44,201 nt of DNA from Salisapilia sapeloensis CBS 127946 (GCA_023334545.1 JAADVB010000160.1:1-44201); one strand, 5' to 3'; shown: positions 1 to 11,934, numbered from the stretch's first letter. Program-made: numbers and translations. Notes: a model not told the origin generated them from the sequence alone.

Positions 1-438
1 TCGCAGACCCTTGGTGATGAATTTGTCGTCAAAAGTCCATCATGACAGTAGACGAGAAAAGATCGACACATCAAAGACAATTCTACGAGAAAAAGGTTTG
101 AAAGATTATAGCTCAGCACCTTCAACTGCGCTCGTTCGATACCAGTTATTGATACGATGTATACATGCGAGAAACGGTCGAGATACCAACTTGATGGGGT
201 AGGAGCTAGATATTTTTTACAGAAACCCCTTCAAGACAGAAATAACATATGAATAAAAGTAGTACATAAAGTTTACTATACTTTATCGAATAATAAAAAT
301 AGACTAAATCCGTCGGGGTTTCTCGTACATTCCCTTTAACTTTATTTACGATGTCGGTTGTCATGCCTCTCGCCATGAAGCAAGGTAGTTTAGGTAGAGG
401 TACCAGTTTCGGCTTGATGCTACAGCTTTACCAGTGGT
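1..438 (+). repeat. Left copy of a terminal inverted repeat (~440 bp), unidentified repeat family
   Basis: Reverse complement of 43763-44201. Positions 1-141 are identical. I count mismatches at 142, 264, 290, 295, 327 and 349, then denser divergence and one indel from 372 to ~438. No recognisable coding product. Confidence 0.97.
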
Positions 439-1712
439 TACTGCTAAAAATACGAAGTATGAAAGCTCAATGTTTAAGCCCGACAGAGAAGTTTCTTAAC
501 TAAAGTACTCATTGTCTTCTTCATCGATTATTAAGCCAACATAGACAGCAGATAGAAGCATTCAGTGACGTCGTTTTCTCTATTTTAAGGTCAAGTATAC
601 TAATAAAGTGGTAGGTGTTATTCATGCATGGCTATCCCAAAGATGGATCGTACCGACAAATATTGGAGAGCAAACAAAGCAGAAGGAAAACAGCATACAT
701 AACACAAAGCGAACATTTCTGCATCACAACATGTATTTGAATGTTTTAACCTTGCATTATCAAGAGAATTGTTTATGCAAATTGTGTCATGTCGACTAGT
801 GCACTATCAACTTCACTTGTTCTCACTTGAACAGATCGCGCGCGTTAAATTGTACTCTACGCGCATATGACTCATAAAGTTGATCGAGAATTTCATTTCT
901 CCAAGTCTGTACCTGTTTGCTCCTGCTTTCGCACTAAATAGTCTCGTAGAGACCGTTGTAAATCATCGAACTCTACTCTTCAGATAAGTAGTAGCCAATG
1001 CTAGATGCATTCATGAGACAGACTTAGTGCTCTAACAATTAGGTTCTCTGATATTATCGTTGCGAGAGTATTCAAAAGCTAGGCGTGCACAAATGTGTGA
1101 AGTTACTGATAGTTGGAGGTCGTGTGCAGGAGAACGAAAACTCCAAAGTGAGTTGTTATTATGCTTCCTACTTTCTTCTGCGGTCCGTGCTCGATGCCTT
1201 CGCTACCACTCGTTACTCGCGACATTGGCACGCAGATCGGTCGCGTTCGTGCTGGCTCATCCTGATCGCCAGAAACTCCATTGCGAAATGTCCGTGTTCC
1301 ACGGAATGAGCAAAATAAAAATTATGCATCTCCGGATGCCATGTTTCTGCTCCAGCGATATTCCCGAAACCCGAGCAGAAACTCATTCGGCCCTCTGGTG
1401 GCAGTCACCAGAACACTAAGAGCGCACACAGAAAAGCTAGTTTGGGCCATATACATGACTCGACTGTTGTCATCGTCCGTTTACGAAAAAGGGATTAAAT
1501 ATAAAACGTGCTAACCGTGATGGCTGCAGTCGATGACACATTAGAGGAAAGAAGTGCAGTATACTGAGCATCATAGTCTATTTGATTTTGTACTCTATGG
1601 CAACTTCGAAGGGTCTGATGCTTATTAATCTAATTCGTCGTAAAGTTTTTCAGACTTATCCAACAATAAGCCCAAGGCAGAGTGATCGGTATGGTTTCTC
1701 ATTACTTGGTGC

Positions 1713-1890
1713 CAGTACGTAGTGATTGTTGACAAGAAACAACAGGTCGTTAGCTTTCTAGAAAACCAAATATTGGGCACGAAAACATTGCATGCTGAAA
1801 CTCTTTTCAATATCATAAATAGACGACTATGAGCAGACGAGCGGATTCGACTTTAGCCTTTACATTGCGACTATCGCAGACTCAAGTACT
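1713..1890 (+). mobile_element. Possible decayed hAT-type transposase fragment (frameshifted, with stops)
   Basis: Translation QYVVIVDKKQQVVSFLENQILGTKTLHAETLFNIINRRL, then after a frameshift EQTSGFDFSLYIATIAD. This loosely resembles the hAT catalytic-region pattern RYVD...ERFL...TAETLFN.I...GLD.S...D. Judged by eye only. Confidence 0.2.
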
Positions 1891-3785
1891 CAATTTTCCC
1901 TCGGATATGCTCTAGACATTCTTCTGAAATCATGTTTGTACGGACTTGCAATTTAAAGTCGATTTCCTCGTCTAGATGGTTAAGTATGAAGCAAGGGACT
2001 ACAATACAAGACATTAGTTCTACCATGAAGATACCTTATAACTCTCTTAAAAGCACAAAGATGAAACCTTAGTACTATCGTCCTCTAGCTGTGACTAGAC
2101 TTCAGCCGGTTATTCGACATGCAATGGCACGATCAAATTCTACGTGAATGGGGATAAGAATCCTACGAACTACGATATTAGCTACTTTTCAAGCGCTTCT
2201 GCTTGGCCTCATTCATTGTAGCGATTGTAAGTCACCTCGATGCTCTGCATTCAATTCTACAAGCAAATGTTACGTAAGTGAGATGGGCAATACGAGAAGG
2301 TTCAATGTTAGCTGATTTCAAACCTCTGACGCTTGAGCGTACTACCAATAGAGTCACGTCGCGATCGCCACATGCCTGATGATACCAACTTGGCGCATCA
2401 TAGGCACCTAAAGGTTCACTTATTTGCTTCATCGTTGCAAATTTAACAGCAAATTTGATTCATGACTCATGAAAGCATGCTACAGACCTTTGTAGCCTAC
2501 CTGTAAAGCATTTGCATGCTTAATGTGAACCATTGCAACTTTTTTTTGGCATAGTGGAAAGTTGGTAGTCCAACTTTCCACTGAAGAATAGATATATACG
2601 TAAGAAACATCACTTTGCGTTCGATTGGTCTGTCTTCACTAGATGATGCCAGCATCACGGCTGACTCAGTGAACATGAATCCCCATTGCTCTAGGTCGTT
2701 CATGCTCTGTAGCGGGCCCTTACTGATTCGAACGCTCTCCACTTCTTCTTAGAGTTTACCATTGAATGAGATTGTGCCCTTAACCTTGAACTTTATTGAT
2801 ACTTTCCCGCAGAAGCAACTGCATCGTATACAAATCAAAAACAGAAGCAGATCTTCATGTCCACGTACGAATACGTCTACATCGTCAGGTTGGGCGATCT
2901 GCAAGTGCATGTGGGTTTGCTCGATCCCACTGCAATCAGTCCCATCTTACCAGCAATGCTGATACATTTGGATCAATATACACATCAATCCTACTGTTCC
3001 TACCAGCAACTGCCTATCAAGAAGCCCTCCATCACATAGTTTTTCCCATTCCCTCGAAAGCTGTGAGTTAAAGTCATCTTTACACTTACATTTTCCTACT
3101 CCAGGTTGAGTCCTGGCGGTGAAACTCTCACAAAATCAGAATCGATCTAAGTTACCATATGACGTGCATACCGCGGGGCTTTCGAAGGTACACATCTCGG
3201 AGAGATCGCGTCAGCTGATTGTTCATTCGCAAGGGTGGTACTTATTCGCGTTCACTGTCCTATAGATCGGCAATAGAATTTCTAGTAAATAAGATATTTT
3301 CATTTAAATAAGCTCAGCATATTTTGTTTTACTCTTGTTACTTATACATTTGCCCATCTCGCTTAGAGGTGTACAAGAATACGAGTAGTGAAAACAGGTA
3401 GTGAATCAGACGTCACAGATCGATGTCGTCGCATGTGCCAGATCCAACTGTATACATTGTTGTCTCTACCCCTTCCTACACTTGAAGATAATTGAAAAGT
3501 ACCTGTGCGCATCTTTAATAGCGTTAATCTTTGCTGAGTTCAGACTGTAGTGGTGTAGACGAGAAATAGTATCATGTAGATGATATGAATGTCATAAAGC
3601 TATTGATACGACTACAGATACTTGTGCGCTTTCTTTTCATCGAGATGCCCATCTTCTTGTCGGTGGTGTCACGGAATCGATATGCGTGACGACGATCTGA
3701 CTTCAAGCCGACTGTTTCGGAAATGTCGGGCAGAACCAGGACGAGGTCTTCCAAGGGTGCACTTTTGCAGCCTTCGTCCAGTTTG

Positions 3786-3801
3786 GCTCATTCTCAAATT
3801 C
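3786..3801 (+). promoter_or_regulatory. Oomycete INR+FPR core promoter of the FBT gene
   Basis: GCTCATTCTCAAATTC matches the oomycete consensus GCTCATTYBNNNWTTY at all positions and ends 36 nt before the ATG at 3838. Confidence 0.75.
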
Positions 3802-3837
3802 GCTTTCGACCGCTCAAGCCACACTTGGAACGCAGCA

Positions 3838-5571
3838 ATGGCCGGATCAACTTTTGACGGCATGAGAGGCGGCGACAAGGCCGAGATGGCTGCCCGTATC
3901 TCGCATGCTAGTGATGTGTCAAGACAAAAGGATGTGGCTGCCGGCTATGAAGAAGCCAGAACTCCTGAACGTGATGCGGTTGTCCGTCACGAAATCCAAG
4001 CTGATGGCGCTCTTCGTCCTGGTGGAAAGCCTGAAATCTTCAGCAGGGACTACATCGGTGTCCCTATCCAATACGCAGCCGTCGGTCTCATCTACGGTGT
4101 GCTACCCGCTACTCTCTATCCGTTCATCCAGAACTACTTGAACTCCGAAGGTACGGTCTACGTTGCTGCTGAAGCTCTTGTGACCATGCCTTGGTCTTTC
4201 AAGGTCTTCTACGGTATGCTGTCCGACTGTGTCCCGATCAAAGGTTACCGTCGCCGCCCGTACATGATCATCGGTTGGACGGTTTGTCTGATCATGCTTA
4301 TTGTCATGGCAGCTACTCCAGTTGAGAAGCCGTACTACCTCGAGCCTTCGGACCGTGATATCAAGCCTGAAAACTACGGTGATTACCCTGGCATCGAAAA
4401 ACGTCTCAACAGAGTTGCTGCTACCAGTGGTGGCAAGTACATCGTCCTCATGATGCTTGCTGCTGTCGGCTACTTGATGGCCGATGTTGCTGCTGACTCT
4501 TGCATGTCTGAGCTGGCTCAGCGTGAACCGTTGGAATCCCGTGGTAAGGTCCAGTCGGCCATCTACACCACTCGTACGGCGTTTCAGATTGTGGGTATCT
4601 TGTTGACTGGCTTTGCTTTCAACGGTGAGGACTACGGTGGTGACTTTAACGCATCTCTGACGTTCCCGCAGCTCATGCTCGTTCTTGCTTGCTGCCTTGC
4701 TCCTGCCATTCCGTGCACCTGGTTCTACATTAAGGAAGAGAAGCGTGAGCGTATTAACTTCAAGGGATACATGAAGGACTTCTGGCGCTTGCTCAAGACT
4801 CGTGCGATCTACCAGATCATCTTCTACAACTTCTTCTCGTCCTTCTTCAATACGTTCCAGTTCACGGCATCCAGCCCTGTAGAGTCGTACATGGCTGGCG
4901 TGACACCGATCAACAGAACCATTGCCCAAGTGCTCGGACAAGGTACCTTCATGGCTGGTATCATGGTCACTAGTCGCTGGGGTCTCCACTGGAACTGGCG
5001 AACGATGACGGTGATCACAGGCATTATCGTCATGGTTATCGATTGCACGATCACCATGGTTACGGTCTGGGACGTCTTGCGTAGCCAGTGGTTCTGGCTT
5101 GGTCCGCCGATTGCCGTCCAAGTCCCGTACGGTGTCCAGTTCATCATCGGTACTTATGTGACCGTCGAGATGGTGGAAGATGGTAACGAAGGTATGATCT
5201 ACGGTATGCTCACGACCGTATCCAACCTTGCCCAGCCGTTTGCCATGACCGTCTCCCGTAACATCAACGCGTCTTGGAACGTATCCAATGAAGATGTCCA
5301 GGGCGACACGCGCGAGACACGCCTCAACATCACACGCCAGGTGATGCTCATGTACGGCATGCAAGTCGTGTCGTGGTGCTTCTTGGTCTTCTTGCCTCGC
5401 CAGAAGGCCGAAACGCAAGAGCTGAAGCGCAAGCAGAACGACAGTGCCCTCATCGGTGGTATCACTCTCTTCTACATGGCCTTCGCACTCATCTGGTCCG
5501 TGATGACCAACTTGATGGGTATCTTCCCCGAGACTGGGTGCCTTCAGATTGCTGGTGGTACTGGATGCTAA
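3838..5571 (+). CDS. Folate-biopterin transporter (FBT/BT1, MFS) family, oomycete type, 577 aa, intronless
   Basis: Multiple TM helices, motifs PWSFKVFYGMLSDCVPIKGYRRRPYM and DVAADSCMSELAQREP..RGKVQS, and C-terminal CLQIAGGTGC. ATG at 3838 lies just downstream of the INR/FPR. Confidence 0.9.
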   Translation: MAGSTFDGMRGGDKAEMAARISHASDVSRQKDVAAGYEEARTPERDAVVRHEIQADGALRPGGKPEIFSRDYIGVPIQYAAVGLIYGVLPATLYPFIQNYLNSEGTVYVAAEALVTMPWSFKVFYGMLSDCVPIKGYRRRPYMIIGWTVCLIMLIVMAATPVEKPYYLEPSDRDIKPENYGDYPGIEKRLNRVAATSGGKYIVLMMLAAVGYLMADVAADSCMSELAQREPLESRGKVQSAIYTTRTAFQIVGILLTGFAFNGEDYGGDFNASLTFPQLMLVLACCLAPAIPCTWFYIKEEKRERINFKGYMKDFWRLLKTRAIYQIIFYNFFSSFFNTFQFTASSPVESYMAGVTPINRTIAQVLGQGTFMAGIMVTSRWGLHWNWRTMTVITGIIVMVIDCTITMVTVWDVLRSQWFWLGPPIAVQVPYGVQFIIGTYVTVEMVEDGNEGMIYGMLTTVSNLAQPFAMTVSRNINASWNVSNEDVQGDTRETRLNITRQVMLMYGMQVVSWCFLVFLPRQKAETQELKRKQNDSALIGGITLFYMAFALIWSVMTNLMGIFPETGCLQIAGGTGC

Positions 5572-7528
5572 ATCATTTAGGCATAACTGCCCGTGCTCTG
5601 CCTCTACCTTTGTCGAGGTGAAATGGACCAGATGCAAGCATATTGCTTCTCATCTCTTTCTAAACACCGACCATAACTTCACAACGACTTGGGCCCTGGT
5701 GTGTGCGTAAGAACTTTGATGCGTAGAAATGACATGACGAATACAACCGTTTTATCATATCCATGTTTAGATCCAGACTTTTTCTGTCTTCTTACTATAG
5801 CATTTAGGAGTGATCTAATGCCATTGTGTATTCCAAAAAGTGCTCATAGAAGACGATATCCTCTCATCCATGCACTGAAGTAGAGCTTACGTGGTATTTG
5901 CTTTTACAGCTGCGTAGTTCTTCTACCTTATGCATGCACGTGACTTTTAAACTCGGATACATTCTGGTCATAGATTTGTTGATCGCATTTGTGTGGTAAA
6001 TTGGGGTGCCAATGTTAGTTGTTCAGCAGAATAAGGCGTAATACCAAATATCCTAGAGATAGAGGCTATGGTTGAAGCCTCCTTCATACCATTCTTTATC
6101 TAGAAGGTATTTAATCGCGCTGTTTTGTCTACATTCACGCTAGCGTTATCCAAAGCTCACAAACGCAATGCCATGATGTTTAGTGTGCTATTTGAGGTCC
6201 AAGTCGAGATGCCTTGTAAAATAGATTATGGAGCTATCGAATGCCATAGTAGGAAGTAACTATCCGTTTTGGATTTAGGATGCTAAACAACATAGGCATT
6301 TCGACACAAAGGAGAACTATCAATACAGCCGATGTGATCGTGATCGTGGTCAACTTTATTCGGCAGATCCTCACATAAATATACCTTGTAGCAATGACCT
6401 AGAGCATACAACGCTTTGTGCACCTTCAAGGAACTAGCTTAAGATGTTTGACGTACAATTGAGTCGTGTTTGCGATGAACAACGCTTCGGTAAAATTGTA
6501 AATTCGTCTCTTGCAAATTTATTCATGATAGTCGAATCGGCAAACTGCATTCGTTGAGGATTGCTGATTCGGATTAGCTGCCTGACATGGGTAACCTAGC
6601 GAAACACTTCGATGTAACTTTCCTATCATAGCTAGAATACACAAGCAAGTGGTTGGTGCTGCCGATGAAGACGCGAATTCATATTCTTGGTCTATGTCTG
6701 TCTTCGTCTTCAATGCAATCAGGAGGAAATGATCTTCGAGAAGACTTCCAGTCACATCTGGTGCTCGAGATGTGCACATTTGAAAAAGCGCGCGAAAGAC
6801 TTAGTGAGCTCTTCGCTTTACTAGCGCTATTGAGCTCTTCGATATTATTTCGGAACAGGCACAGTACAGTTGTGGCCGGAATAATTGAGCGATATGTGTG
6901 ACTCATACTGTACGCCGTCCCACTAAAATGCCGAGGAGCTCAATAGTGGAAGTAAATCGAATGCAACTTCAATCTAAAGGACTTCCGGGGATACACCACG
7001 ATACGCTGGACACTATGACCCACCAAAATATCACAGAGGAGCTGGCGATAGATGTGAGTATCAATGGAAAGGTGGATAACGACGTACGAGTAGGATGGAC
7101 CAGCAAAGACTCAGGTACTGATTCCTATTACAGTGTTTGTGCGTTTGTTCACATAATGCATATAGCTTCTTCCATAATATCCGATTATCTGCTCAATGAA
7201 CACATCTTTAAATACTATCCTGTTAATGAAGAAGAAGCTGAAGTTGACAGTTACCATGCAAAATGTAATGCCTCACAGTACCAATCTTCGATTCACATTG
7301 CTCGTTAACTTGACAGAGCATCTCCAACAAATACGCTACTAACAAGAAACTAATAACTAGACAGAGTATCTCCTGCTTAAGCATAAACTTCAGGCATGCT
7401 CCAAGTTCACACAGCACCCGAAATGAGACCCTACATCGTCGTGTTTCGTACTTGATCGATTCTATGTAATTTTCTTAAGTACGACCTGGACCACCCTTCG
7501 TGTATAAAAGCATACAAATCGGCTAGTC

Positions 7529-8639
7529 ATGCTCCGGCGGGTAGCTCGTGCCTTCTCATCGACAGCACGTGGGACATCTGCGACTGTAAATGTTGTCGCC
7601 AATGCCGATACGAGTCTAAAGAAGGATGTCAACAGAGAAACGCTGCTTTCTCAATTGGAAGAGAGCATTTCGAGCAAGCAAGCGACGCGAGCATTGGCTG
7701 TGTTTGACATGTTAGCACCACCGCCAAGTCATACGACAACGCAGAAGCTCGCGATTCTACTTGCAAAGCGTGGAGATCGATCATTTACACTACGGGCTGC
7801 GTCTATCCTACAGAATGTGCTACAGTATGTCCACAATTGATAGTGATCATATAAAGCGAGCAAGCTGTACTCATTGCTGATGTACTAGAGCACCAGAGTT
7901 AGATGCAGATGACTACACAAGGCTGGCCTCCATCTACGTCGTAGACGCATGTCTGCGACACCGTCTACTGCGCAACGCTCTTGACGTACATTTCTTACTA
8001 GAGATTCATAGATTTTATTACTTATGCGTTCCATAGGTCCATGGAGATGCTTCCAAGCATGGCACTCAGCTCGATCTTCCAGCCTACAACTCTTTAATCC
8101 AAGCATTAGTTGATGCTGGAAAAGTAAATGAGGCCAGAGAGTTACTGGAAATGGTCGAAATTAAGAACGAAGTCGCACCTACGGAAGAAACTTACTTCCC
8201 AATTTTATACGGCCTGGTCGCTCGATACAATTACCCTGAGGTCGTGGACTTACTCTCGAACGGACGTGCTCGTGGTGTTTCTTTCACTTGGGAGGTACAT
8301 CGTATATATTCGTCTCTAGTCGATGCAAGTGTTTACGTTTGAGATGATCATGTAGACGTACGACCCTCTTGTCGAGTTAAGTGAGCAGCAGCAGCACGAG
8401 GAAGACGAGGAAGCCAATTTTGACGAAATCGAACAGTTCTTAGACTACGTGAATCGTGCGATCGAAGACGATGGTGTAAGTCGACGTTACCATAACTCTA
8501 TTTTGAATGGGAATAACCCAAGTTTCCAATCTAGTTGATGGCTGAATTTGCTGCCGAAATCGATCTGGGCGACGACGATGATAGTGACGATGACCTGACA
8601 CCAGGAGCTAGTGATGATGAGGATCAGAAACCGTACTAA
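7529..8639 (+). CDS. Pentatricopeptide-repeat-like protein with probable mitochondrial presequence, 291 aa, 5 exons
   Basis: Exons 7529-7824, 7889-7985, 8037-8294, 8356-8475, 8535-8639 join in frame. Presequence-like MLRRVARAFSST, PPR-like motifs AYNSLIQALVDAGKVNEARELLEM and TYFPILYGL, acidic C-terminus. Confidence 0.75.
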
Positions 8640-8760
8640 TACAATGTCCAACTCTCTCTGCACCTACTCTCTTTCCATTTCTACCTTGTCAAGTACATGC
8701 TAATAGATCTATTTTTGGAATGTACGTTAATTCTATCAGACATTAGCAGTCTGGTGGAAA

Positions 8761-11115
8761 ATGGAAGCTAATGTCGTAGGTGACACACTGTCCAAGGGTG
8801 AACGAGTAAAAGTATACTGTCGTGTTCGGCCGTTCCTCTCTCGAGAGCAGGAAGGTCTAAGCTATGAGGAGTACGCTCACCAGCAAGCAGAAGCTACTTT
8901 TTCCAAAACTATAGAGCCCGAAACCAACGGCGTGGACGACTCGAACACGTTTCTGACTGACAAAGAAAAGCAGGTCCATGGCCTTGGGCAATCTGTTGTA
9001 TCTATCCAAGATGATAAGCAGACGCTCCAAGTGTCTGCAGTAGATAATGCATCGAAGACATTCTGTTTCGATTCTAGTTGTGATGAAACAACGTCCCAGT
9101 CGGAGATGTATGACCTTGTAGCTGCACCAGTCGTTCGAGACTTTCTCGATGGTTATCACGGTGCTGTCCTAGCATACGGCCAAACAGCGACAGGGAAGAC
9201 GTTCACGATGGTTGGTCAAAACGACGCTGTCGAAGGTGACAATCGAGGTATCATCCCACGAGCTCTTGAAGATATCTTCGAGGTAAGCTTATCTTTCTCA
9301 TCACTATGCGTATACTGTGCATAATTACAATGGAATGGTAGGCTGTAGGCTCGGATCCGCCACATGTGAAAACGACTATCGCTTTAAGCTATGTGCAGCT
9401 ATATTGTGAACGGATTTTTGATCTTTTAGATCCGTCGATACCTCCGAACTCCATTACCGTCAAGGAAGACTCCGAGTATGGTGTTTATGTGGATGGAGCG
9501 TCCATGACTAGTGTCACAAATGCCCATGAATGTTTAAATCTATTTACTCGTGGCAACGAGAACCGAGCTGTGGCGAACACGGGCATGAATGCACAATCCA
9601 GTCGTAGTCACGCCGTCTTGACACTTCGACTTGAACGTCGAGAGTATCCGACAGTCTCATCTGGTGTTGAACCAACACAACAAGTTCGAATTAGTCACCT
9701 TCATCTTGTGGATCTCGCTGGCTCTGAACGTGTGAAAAAGACAAAGGTATATGGTCGACACGCGCGAGAATTGCGAGCAATCAATTTAAGTTTATCAGCA
9801 CTTGGCAACTGTATTGCAGCTTTGAGTAAAAGACAAAAGCATATTCCCTATCGCGATAGTAAATTAACTAGAGTCCTTCAGTCAAGCCTTGGTGGAAATG
9901 CTAAAACAGCGCTCGTCGTTACGATCTCTCCTTCCATCACTGAACGCAGCGAGACGGTATCTTCACTTCAGTTTGGTCAAAGAGCACGAGAGGTTATCAT
10001 CAGGGCACATCGCAACATCATGTCTGTACTGGACTACAAGTCGCTATATGAACACCTCCAGCAGCAATTAGATGATCGGGAACAAGTACTCAGAGATCTT
10101 GAATCCGAGTTGGCTGACCAGAAAAGCGAGACGAAAAGTTGTCAAGATGATGTAGTGAAAGCTCAGATTCGAATTCAACATCTAGAGTTTGAGCTTCAGT
10201 CAGCCAAGACATCCCTGCTACTCCATCAGCGGCAGTTGACACAGCAACAAGGAGCCGAGACCGCTGCTGCGTTTACACAAGAGCTCGAACAACTTATTCA
10301 AAAGCATGAAGAAGACGTGAAAGTCGTTCAAGAAAAGTGTAATTTGCAAATAGAAACATATAAAAAGTTGGCAGAAGGAGCTAGTGAAGAATGGCATGAA
10401 GTTGAGAACGAATTAGTCACGTCCAAGGAGCAAGTCTTACAAACGTTGCAAGACCTCAAGGACTTCAAGAAACGGTATTATGAACTAGAAGAAGAGTCTA
10501 CGGGTCGGATAGCTGAGCTCTTACAGCAAGAGAAAGAGTTGGAACGAGACTTGCAAGCACAAAAGGAATTTATGGAGACAGAGACGCGCCGAAAAGATGC
10601 TGAAATCGACCAGCTTACCCGAAAGGTATTTTTACTGAACAAAGTTTCTCTTATACTACTTTGCTGATATGTTATGGGTGTGCAGCTAGAAGGCGCAGAA
10701 GCTAAGGGCAATCAACTAGAATCTCGGATGGAGTCGGACTGCGTACCACGAGAAATGGTAACTGTCAACCCAGTATATCGTTCCAGTGGTAACTAGCGGC
10801 TTACATGAGCACTCGATATAGGTCGACAAGATGGAAAAGTTATACGAAGGTGCTATTGCAAAACTGCAAGACCGAGTGGGGAAATTGGAAATCAAAGCTT
10901 CAGCTCATAAAGAGAATGCATCTGCAGCAACCTCTGGAAGCAATCAAACGTCAGATCGAGTTCCAGTGTCAAAAAATCGTTTACAAAAACCTGGAAGAGT
11001 AGATGTCCTTGGAGCGAGAAGCGCCGTACCGGGGAAGGCGCTACCACAAGTTGGTCGAATCATGCCACCCGCAAGGGTGAATAACTCTAGACCAGACAGA
11101 TCGAAATTTTACTAA
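8761..11115 (+). CDS. Kinesin: N-terminal motor domain plus coiled coil, 723 aa, 4 exons
   Basis: RVKVYCRVRP, P-loop GQTATGKT, switch I SSRSH, switch II DLAGSE, HIPYRDSKLTR. Introns 9283-9341, 10626-10685 and 10758-10821 keep the frame. Confidence 0.95.
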
Positions 11116-11934
11116 GCTCTGTGTCATATTTGAGTTTGCTTACGATTTTACGCTTGGTTTTTCTATTGCCATCTAACTAGATCGCTAGGAGCAAGCATCT
11201 CTGCCAGTGCAATATGAGAGGAAGGAATTGTTCATTTATGTATGAAAGTTTTGACAATGCGCTTTTGTGCTTTACTAGACGAAGAGAAACGTAATATTTG
11301 CATGTGCTCCACCTTATCCAATGAGTGCTTATATTCAAAGTCAGCAACACCCATGCACATATCTATAAGTACAATCCGTGTATCCTATAAGTATAGTCAA
11401 AAGAAACCTCGTCTCTGTTGTATTCTCGTAAACTTATTGAGATACCACGACGACATTTGGACAAAGGTTTTGACCTTTGCACGTCTGTTTCAAGTATCTT
11501 TTATCGACAGTTATCTGATAGATGGAAGTTTATTCTCTCATTTCCTTAGGTACGTCTTGTACTATGTCATAATGAAAATACTCTTGATGATTTCCATAAA
11601 ACAAACTTAACGTTCTTGCAGTGTCGCTTTGAGCGTTTCCAAAGCTAAAACACAGGTCGTCGTAGTTTCGAAAACAAGTGGTCACCTACTACTTTGAACC
11701 AATTAACCTTCACATCCTCATTTCCAAAACCATCACATCTCCATGCAGCTTCGAATATTTTGCTACTTTCAATTGCAATCGTCTTGCTCATAATTCGAAG
11801 TTTCCGTATCGCTAATTATCGTAGGCTAATTTGCAGCCTTCCTAACGTGGCCCAAGACAACGCCACAAGAGCTTTGCTAGCAGCGTATTGGACTTCTACT
11901 TGATCAGCCATACTCGATCATTCGCCTATTGGTC

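Noticed and set aside
11-202. 63-aa ORF present identically at both ends (also 44000-44191)
   Set aside because: It starts at a non-ATG codon, has no recognisable motif, and is duplicated only because it lies in the inverted repeat.
387-400. TTTAGG-like sequence as a degenerate telomere repeat
   Set aside because: It is a single partial unit, is not tandem, and is not conserved in the right copy.
483-491. ACAGAGAAG resembling the U6 snRNA ACAGAGA box
   Set aside because: Only 9 nt match and the flanks do not resemble U6.
1060-1514. Overlapping short ORFs in three + frames
   Set aside because: No domain similarity, no coherent splice model and no codon bias.
4102-5637. 511-aa antisense ORF over the FBT gene, and similar antisense ORFs over rpS3 and the La gene
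   Set aside because: These are shadow ORFs expected from strong codon bias on the sense strand, and the translations are not protein-like.
6519-7308. ORFs of 75-136 aa in the second gene-sparse interval as a gene or copia fragment
   Set aside because: Only superficial resemblance (YRSII..), with no RT, RNase H or integrase motifs. Left unannotated.
11242-11610. 122-aa ORF between kinesin and DnaJ
   Set aside because: AT-rich intergenic composition and no recognisable motif.
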